A DNA stretch of 64,000 nucleotides. It comes from Candidatus Cloacimonadales bacterium (GTDB taxonomy: Bacteria > Cloacimonadota > Cloacimonadia > Cloacimonadales > JAFGVF01). This document shows positions 57,381-64,000 of this stretch, in pieces. Each line of letters begins with the position of its first letter. The first letter of the stretch is position 1. The notes beneath the pieces are model-generated. The model worked only from the letters and a program-made list of their open reading frames with translations, was not told the origin of the DNA and did no database searches. A program made the translations under genes and the position numbers. The stretch spans positions 1,376,001-1,440,000 of the forward strand of contig CAXXOU010000004.1 of assembly GCA_963677495.2 (NCBI GenBank), read 5' to 3'.

Positions 57381-58478
57381 TCACTTCATCGACAGAAAGT
57401 CACGTAGTCCGGTAATGCCGAACATCTCAAGGATGATACCGATTACCAGAATGATTATAAATATCGCTTTGCCCCAATCCTGACCTTTAAGACCACCAAG
57501 TTGAGCAGGTTCTTTAGAGAGGTATGCTGATGCTGCAAAGAGTTCCTCACCGATGAGTGTGAAGTCACAAGCAGCCACAAAGAATGGAAGCTGAGACGGC
57601 ATAGCAGTACCGGCTGTTTGAATAGCACCACTGGCGAAACCTGTCTCTGCCAAGATAAGAGATTCAGCATAGAATGTACCGAGATAAAAGTTAGCCGCAG
57701 GCTTATCTCTGACAATTATACCATCTACCCCTGCAACAAAACCAAACTGGTCATCAGTCAAATAGAAGATGGTTTCAGGATTGAATGCATCAGGTCTACC
57801 TGCTTGCATATAAGCTTCTTTAACTATCTCACGTGCAGCGGATAAGACCATTGATCGGCAAACAGGAACGATAATTTCAGTATCATAAGTAGCAGCTTTC
57901 TTAGCAAGATGGCTAAGAATTGTCAATCCTGCAATTGTCTGCATATCATCAAGATCGGAGATACCCGGGACAAAGAGAATCGGACGTCCCATCTCTGTAG
58001 CACGTCCTACAGCTTCGTCCATTGATTCGAGACCTGAGATTCTTCTTATATAGAGCTCTTTTCCTCTTCTTGCTGAAATTATAAAGAATAGTATTAGACC
58101 CATTAATACAATAGAAGCAATAAGAACCGGAACTTTGGTTTTGTTGAACCATTGAGCAACTGGTCTACCGGTTAACTCATTCGAAGTAATTAAAGAATCA
58201 GCATTATAGAAGTTTATTCTATATCTGTATTCTTTCTTATAATCTAGTTCCTTATCCTGGAACGATTTTGTTCCGTTTGTAACAGTAATAAGCTCTTCAT
58301 AAGAACCTTCTACATTCTCTTTTTCAACAATAACTTTATCGATAGCTTCATCGCCATAATCCCATTCCAGGAGTAGTACACTCCCATCATCATTAGGTAA
58401 GTCTGAAATTGCTGATTGAGTTGAGAAGATGCATAATGGTAAAAGTAGCAGTAAAATAGCTATTAGATGTCGTCGCAT
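57381..58478 (-). CDS. DUF6754-like membrane protein with N-terminal fibronectin-III-like domain, gene 1
   Basis: Signal peptide; D.PND.G..L.L.W...Y.YRI; IRRISGL...EAVGRATEMGRP; LIGEELFAASAYL. Confidence 0.75.
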   Translation of the reverse strand: MRRHLIAILLLLLPLCIFSTQSAISDLPNDDGSVLLLEWDYGDEAIDKVIVEKENVEGSYEELITVTNGTKSFQDKELDYKKEYRYRINFYNADSLITSNELTGRPVAQWFNKTKVPVLIASIVLMGLILFFIISARRGKELYIRRISGLESMDEAVGRATEMGRPILFVPGISDLDDMQTIAGLTILSHLAKKAATYDTEIIVPVCRSMVLSAAREIVKEAYMQAGRPDAFNPETIFYLTDDQFGFVAGVDGIIVRDKPAANFYLGTFYAESLILAETGFASGAIQTAGTAMPSQLPFFVAACDFTLIGEELFAASAYLSKEPAQLGGLKGQDWGKAIFIIILVIGIILEMFGITGLRDFLSMK

Positions 58479-58603
58479 ACACTCTCCGTTTTATTGTGAT
58501 AGCTAATTAATTAAAATCAGATTTTGAGTGTCAATGAAAGAGTTGGATTTGATTTAATCAGTTACTAACAAAATGAAACAAAAGAAAGAAATACAAAAAA
58601 ATG

Positions 58604-58631
58604 TTGACGATAAGAAACCTGTATGTATAAA
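58604..58631 (+). promoter_or_regulatory. Possible sigma70 promoter
   Basis: TTGACG-16-TATAAA upstream of hybrid kinase. Confidence 0.35.
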
Positions 58632-58666
58632 TCAGATTAGAAGCGATTCAGATAATGCGAGGAAAT

Positions 58667-61600
58667 ATGAAAAAAGTTATACTACTATCCCTATTCCTAT
58701 TAATTTGTGTTTCAGTATTCTGTCAATTAAGTGATAATATTCCCAATATTTTAGTCATTCAATCTTACCATTCAGGTTATAAATGGTCTGATGAAGTACA
58801 GAATGGTATTGTTAATACTCTACGGGATTATAATTCAAAGGTCCATATATCAACCGAATATATGGATACGAAAAGATACAGTACAAAGTTTGATATAACT
58901 GAAGCAAAACGCATTTTTACTCGCAAGTACAAAGAGATGAAGTTCGATTTAATTATCACTGTCGATAATTTTGCATACAATTTTATTCATGAAATTGGTG
59001 ATACTATCTTTCATAAAGTCCCAATTGTTTTCTGTGGAGTGAATGGTTTCGAATACTCAATGCTTAATGATAAGACCAATATAGCCGGTGTTAATGAAAA
59101 AGCAGGTATTCTGCAAAACTTCAAGTTAATCCGAAAAATACATCCTGATGTTGAAACAATTTTCGTAGTTAATGATGAGACATTAACAGGAAAAGAGTTA
59201 AATAGAGAGATAGACAAAGCTAAAAAATGGTTACCTCCAACAATTATGTTAGAGCAACCTCGCAATATTTCAATGGAAGACTTAAAGGTAAAACTTGGGA
59301 ACCTATCCCCAAACACTATTGTTCTCTATACAATATTTTTTAAAGATGGGAACAACAAGTTTTTTGAGTTTGATAATAGTATAATTGAAGTTGTTAATGC
59401 CAGTAATTCCCCTGTTTACGCTTGTTGGGATTTCAGTCTTGATTATGGTACTGTAGGCGGTTTCATGAATAATGGTGCCTATCAGGGCGAGAAAGCAGCT
59501 AAGAAGGCCATTTATATATTAGAAGGTAATGATCCACAAGAAGCCGGAATAGATATGACTAGTGCAAACAGATATATGTTTGACTATAAAGCACTTCAAA
59601 GATGGGAAATCAAGAAGAAGCAACTTCCAAACAGATCAATAGTAATAAACTCACCTGAAACATTTTTCGAAAAAAACAGGACACTGTTACTTCAGTTTGG
59701 TGCACTATTAGTGTTATTAATAGCTATTATCCTAATTCTTATAATAAATACTCTTAAAAGAGGAAAACTCCATAAGAAACTTGCAGAATCCCATGATAAG
59801 CTTACAAGTCTAGCTGGTAGTCTTGAATCTACTGTTAGAGCGAGGACGCAAGAGCTTGAAGATGAACGAACATTTATGTCTACTGTTCTTGATACGGAAG
59901 AAGCTATGGTTCTTGTGGTAAGTAATCGAGGAAGAATTAAAAGAGCTAATGTGTTCGCTAAAAAGCTTCTTGGGTATCAAGTTACTGATGAAGTTGAAGG
60001 AGAGTTCTGTACATTCATCTCCGATAAGAACATGGTTACTCATTTTAAGTCATCTTATGATAAACCTGAAATGTTTAGACATGGCATTACGCAAGAGTGC
60101 CCAATCCGATCATTACATGGTGTTGATTATGTTATACGTGCCAACTTTACAGGAATGTATACTAACAACGTTCTTGAATATGTTGTTATAACAGGTTTGG
60201 ACATTACAAAAGAGAAGAAAACCGCTAAAGAGTTAGCAACAAAAGAAAAGAGATTTAGACAGGTTTTTGAGAACAATGGGTCTGCAACTATATCTTTTAA
60301 AAGAGATGAAACAATTAATATGGCCAATGCTGAATTTGAAGCACTAGCAGGTTGTAGTAGAGAACAGGTTATTGGTAAAATGAAGTGGTCTGATTTTGTC
60401 CATCATTCTCAAGTCTCAAAGATGCGTAAGTATCAGGAACTCAGATGGCAGGGCGATCCACATATACCAAACAAGTATGAATTCAAATTTGTTGATGTTA
60501 ATGGCATAGTTAAGGACGTTTTGATAACTGTTGTTATGCTCCCTGAATCTGAGGAATCAGTCGTAACTCTGCTTGATATTACTAATAGAAAGAATGCAGA
60601 ACGAGCAACAAAGCAAGCAATGCGAGCAGAAAAAGCGGCAAATAAAGCTAAATCATCATTCTTAGCAAATATGAGCCATGAGATAAGAACTCCTCTTAAT
60701 GCTATAATTGGTATGTCTTACTTGATGTTCGATACAAAACTTGATGAAGAGCAAAGAGACTTCATTGAAACTATCAAGATAAGTAGTGATGCTCTTTTAG
60801 CTATAATTAATGACATCCTCGATTACTCAAAGATTGAAGCAGGAAAGCTAGAATTAGAAGCCATTCCATTCGAAATCACTGATCTTGTTGAAGATGTTCT
60901 CGATATGTTTGCCGGAACAGCAAGTAAGAAAGGTATAGAATTGATTTACCAAATTGCTGAAGATGTTCCTCTTACTATAGTTGGTGATCGCAACAAATTG
61001 AGGCAGATTTTAATCAATCTTGTTGGTAATGCACTTAAATTCACTGAGCAAGGTGAGATAGTTATTGAGGTTACAAATCAGAAGGTTGGAGAAGAGAATA
61101 GAGTTGAATTTAGAGTTGCTGATACCGGAATTGGTATTAAAGAGGACAATCTGAACAGATTATTTAAATCTTTCAGTCAAGTTGATGCTTCTACAACCAG
61201 AAAGTTTGGAGGGACTGGTTTAGGACTAGCAATTTCCAAGCGTTTGAGCGAAATGATGGGTGGATCAATGTGGGTTGAAAGTGTATATGGAAAAGGTTCA
61301 ATATTCCACTTTGATATACAGGTTGCTGCCGGAGAAACAAAGAAGAAAGTTTTCCAGAAGAAAGAGCAACCTAATCTTCAAGACAAACGTGCACTTATTG
61401 TTGATGATAATGATAAGAACAGACAGATACTGCAACATCAGTTATCATGGTGGGGTATGAGCTCAGAAGCTGTTGAGACTCCTTTTGAAGCTTTAGAACT
61501 AATACAGAAAGAGGACTTCGATATTGTACTTTCTGATTACCTCATGCCTGATATGGATGGTGCTGAGATGTGTAAGAAGATCAGGACAGATCTTAATATG

Positions 61601-62179
61601 ACGAGTTTACCGCTCATCATCCTTACATCAGCGGGAAACATTGAGGACTGCAAACCTTTCTGTGATAAAGTACTAACTAAACCCGTAAAAATATCTAACC
61701 TCTATAAAGTTATATACAACTTATTCTCCCATTCCGATGAAGAAGTTACCTATGAACGTAAAGATTTGGGATTTGATAGAAGTCTTGCTGATAAAATCCC
61801 ATTGAAGATATTAGTTGCTGAAGATAATTTCATCAATCAAAAAGTGATTCTGAAGATACTTGAAAGACTTGGTTATGATGCTGATATTGTTGAAAATGGT
61901 GAAGAAGTACTAAACATAGTGCCTAGAAATGATTATGATATCATACTGATGGATATTCAGATGCCAATAATGGATGGTATCATTGCTTCAGCAGAAGTAA
62001 GAGCTTTGGGAGACAAGATTAAACAGCCACAAATCGTTGCCTTAACAGCACATGCTATTGCTGATCAATTGGATAAAATAGTAACAGATGATATGGATGG
62101 TTTTCTTACAAAGCCTGTCTCCATTAACTCATTAAGAAAAGGCTTAGAGAACGCTTACAACAGAATAAAGGATAAGTAG
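58667..62179 (+). CDS. Hybrid sensor kinase: periplasmic ABC-substrate-binding-like domain, TM, 2 PAS, HisKA, HATPase, 2 REC
   Basis: [53 protein letters not shown]; two receiver domains. Confidence 0.9.
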   Translation: MKKVILLSLFLLICVSVFCQLSDNIPNILVIQSYHSGYKWSDEVQNGIVNTLRDYNSKVHISTEYMDTKRYSTKFDITEAKRIFTRKYKEMKFDLIITVDNFAYNFIHEIGDTIFHKVPIVFCGVNGFEYSMLNDKTNIAGVNEKAGILQNFKLIRKIHPDVETIFVVNDETLTGKELNREIDKAKKWLPPTIMLEQPRNISMEDLKVKLGNLSPNTIVLYTIFFKDGNNKFFEFDNSIIEVVNASNSPVYACWDFSLDYGTVGGFMNNGAYQGEKAAKKAIYILEGNDPQEAGIDMTSANRYMFDYKALQRWEIKKKQLPNRSIVINSPETFFEKNRTLLLQFGALLVLLIAIILILIINTLKRGKLHKKLAESHDKLTSLAGSLESTVRARTQELEDERTFMSTVLDTEEAMVLVVSNRGRIKRANVFAKKLLGYQVTDEVEGEFCTFISDKNMVTHFKSSYDKPEMFRHGITQECPIRSLHGVDYVIRANFTGMYTNNVLEYVVITGLDITKEKKTAKELATKEKRFRQVFENNGSATISFKRDETINMANAEFEALAGCSREQVIGKMKWSDFVHHSQVSKMRKYQELRWQGDPHIPNKYEFKFVDVNGIVKDVLITVVMLPESEESVVTLLDITNRKNAERATKQAMRAEKAANKAKSSFLANMSHEIRTPLNAIIGMSYLMFDTKLDEEQRDFIETIKISSDALLAIINDILDYSKIEAGKLELEAIPFEITDLVEDVLDMFAGTASKKGIELIYQIAEDVPLTIVGDRNKLRQILINLVGNALKFTEQGEIVIEVTNQKVGEENRVEFRVADTGIGIKEDNLNRLFKSFSQVDASTTRKFGGTGLGLAISKRLSEMMGGSMWVESVYGKGSIFHFDIQVAAGETKKKVFQKKEQPNLQDKRALIVDDNDKNRQILQHQLSWWGMSSEAVETPFEALELIQKEDFDIVLSDYLMPDMDGAEMCKKIRTDLNMTSLPLIILTSAGNIEDCKPFCDKVLTKPVKISNLYKVIYNLFSHSDEEVTYERKDLGFDRSLADKIPLKILVAEDNFINQKVILKILERLGYDADIVENGEEVLNIVPRNDYDIILMDIQMPIMDGIIASAEVRALGDKIKQPQIVALTAHAIADQLDKIVTDDMDGFLTKPVSINSLRKGLENAYNRIKDK

Positions 62180-62181
62180 GT

Positions 62182-62258
62182 TGGCGTCCCCGGCGCGATT
62201 CGAACGCACGGCCTTTTGATCCGGAGTCAAACGCTCTATCCAGCTGAGCTACGGGGAC
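62182..62258 (-). tRNA. tRNA-Arg(CCG)
   Basis: Minus strand GTCCCCGTAGCTCAGCTGGATAGAGCG...CT-CCG-GA...GTTCGAATC...GGGGACGCCA; cloverleaf with encoded CCA. Confidence 0.96.
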
Positions 62259-62308
62259 ACTTGATTACGTATTTTTCTGACTAAATTAATGTCAAGAAAA
62301 CAGAGTTA

Positions 62309-63421
62309 CTATTTCATAATAATGGGAAGTTCAACATAGAATTCAGCTCCACCTGTATCAGAATTTGAATAGGTAATAGTTCCACCATGGTCTGTAACAA
62401 TTTTCTTACAAATAGCTAAACCTATACCCTTCCCTTTTTCAGGAGAATTGCTTCTGAATGGTTCATACAAACTTGATAGCATATCTTCTGATATTCCTGG
62501 GCCATCATCTTTAACGGAGAATTTGATATAGTCTTCTCTCCCGTTAAAATCAAAATAGATGTTACCCTTATCTCCAACTGCACTAACAGCATTTTTTATA
62601 AGGTTTTCCATTAACCTTCTGAATCGTACGATATCAATATAATAGTACTCAGGAGCATTTCCTTCCCAATGAATCTGAATGTCTTTAAATTCACTTAGCT
62701 TCTTCACATACATCTCCATCTCATTGAAAAGTGTTTTGCTTGAGTATTTCTCGAAATAAAGTTCTGTTGAATTACCTTTAACAAACTCAACTATCTCTTC
62801 AATAATGTATGAGATCTTCTCTGCACTTTTGTTTATCTCACCAATATATTCTGAAGCTTCCGGAAACTCATCTGCCATCAATTGAGAACTGATAAAGATT
62901 GATGTCAAAGGTACTCGAACATCATGCATAATCTTACTTAAAGTTTGGCTTAAAGTAAAGAGCTTATTCTTCATAATGAACGAATCCACCATGTCAGCAA
63001 TCTTATTATTTGTCTGGGACAATCTCTTTGAAAGAGTGTTTAGAAGATTGAACATAACTATTGGGTTAGCATAACTAAACTCTAGAAAGTCACTGCCTTT
63101 AATCTCATAAGCTTCGATATCTGTTAAGGCAATAACATTTGCACTTCTCTCTCCGAGACCAAACACTGACATTTCTCCAACACAATCATACTCTTCTAAT
63201 ATAGTTAGCCTTGCTTCATCCCCTGTCTGATTCAACCCCTTGGTTATCTCAACCGAACCCGATTTAATTATCCAAAGAGCTGTGTCCCCATTCCCTTCAT
63301 TGATAAGTGTTGTACCCTTATCCAATGAAACTAGTTTAAACTTTTCAGCTACCTCTTGTAAGGTTTCTGGAGCTAATTGTTTAAACACTTTCACATTACT
63401 TAAAAAAGATATTTTATCCAT
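62309..63421 (-). CDS. Cyclic-nucleotide-binding domain histidine kinase
   Basis: N-terminal cNMP fold (G.V.I...GEMS...RSANV.A); MHDVRVPL H-box; NLIKNA, DDGPGI, GIGL. Confidence 0.85.
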   Translation of the reverse strand: MDKISFLSNVKVFKQLAPETLQEVAEKFKLVSLDKGTTLINEGNGDTALWIIKSGSVEITKGLNQTGDEARLTILEEYDCVGEMSVFGLGERSANVIALTDIEAYEIKGSDFLEFSYANPIVMFNLLNTLSKRLSQTNNKIADMVDSFIMKNKLFTLSQTLSKIMHDVRVPLTSIFISSQLMADEFPEASEYIGEINKSAEKISYIIEEIVEFVKGNSTELYFEKYSSKTLFNEMEMYVKKLSEFKDIQIHWEGNAPEYYYIDIVRFRRLMENLIKNAVSAVGDKGNIYFDFNGREDYIKFSVKDDGPGISEDMLSSLYEPFRSNSPEKGKGIGLAICKKIVTDHGGTITYSNSDTGGAEFYVELPIIMK

Positions 63422-63430
63422 ACAAACCTC

Positions 63431-64000
63431 TTATAAATATCTGTTTTTTTTACTAAGGTGATTAGTAACATAGTCCCTAACCCCTTCTTCTAATGTATTC
63501 ATTATTACACCTGTGGTTTCATGCAATCTTCTTCCATCAGCCTGTGTGAAATACTGATACTTGCCCCGAAGATTACTAGGCATTTCGACATAATCAATAT
63601 TAACAGTCTTACCCATTGCCATGAAAACTGCTTTTGCTAAATCGTTCCAACTTCTGGCACTACCTGTACCCAGGTTATATATACCATTCCATTCTGGATT
63701 TACAAGAAACTTGAACATTACATCAGTAACATCTTTTACATAAATGAAGTCTCGTTTTTGTTCTCCATCTGCATAATTGGGATGATAGGATTTAAATAGT
63801 GACACTGTTCCAGTTTCAAGTATCTGGTGAAAAGCTTTGTAAACTACGCTCTTCATACTTCCCTTATGATATTCGTTAGGCCCATAAACATTGAAGAACT
63901 TAAAGCCTGCAACTTTCGAGTCAAGTTTAGTTCTCTTAATGTATTCATCCATTAATTGTTTTGAATATCCGTACATATTCAATGGTCTTAAGCCATCTAT
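63431..64000 (-). CDS. hldD: ADP-L-glycero-D-manno-heptose 6-epimerase, 3' part (5'-truncated)
   Basis: PLNMYGYSK, FFNVYGPNEYHKG.M.SV, RDFIYVKD, KYQYFTQAD. Confidence 0.92.
   Translation of the reverse strand: MDGLRPLNMYGYSKQLMDEYIKRTKLDSKVAGFKFFNVYGPNEYHKGSMKSVVYKAFHQILETGTVSLFKSYHPNYADGEQKRDFIYVKDVTDVMFKFLVNPEWNGIYNLGTGSARSWNDLAKAVFMAMGKTVNIDYVEMPSNLRGKYQYFTQADGRRLHETTGVIMNTLEEGVRDYVTNHLSKKNRYL

Noticed and set aside
62182..62258. tRNA as integration site of an island
   Set aside because: No duplicated tRNA 3' end noticed and no integrase in the window.

Overview
AT-rich bacterial chromosome segment, mostly housekeeping and envelope genes: nrdJ-exbB-exbD-tonB-folP-cdaA-coaE, smpB plus a surface-polysaccharide modification cluster, tpiA-serS, an EF-G paralog with yebC-ruvC-ruvA-rsmB, a TolC/MFP/RND pump, three sensor kinases, tRNA-Arg(CCG) and a partial hldD. 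Five secreted proteins end in a FlgD/T9SS-type C-terminal sorting domain. That, with GLUG proteins and an LPS heptose gene, suggests an FCB-group anaerobe such as Cloacimonadota (inference). I saw no transposase, integrase, CRISPR array or rRNA. The most unusual signal is non-coding. The long intergenic gaps are mosaics of recurring modules. These include at least eight palindromic arrays in which a short core (CACTG, CACGG, CTTGG or CCCGT) repeats every 11 bp, about one helical turn, and flips to its reverse complement at a centre. One array lies between perfect 15-bp inverted repeats. The gaps also hold a co-oriented GGAGTTT box and dense REP-like hairpin clusters. The second candidate system is a tightly coupled four-gene operon of uncharacterised membrane proteins (DUF6754-like), divergent from a hybrid sensor kinase. 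All family assignments come from motif recognition by eye, not from database searches.
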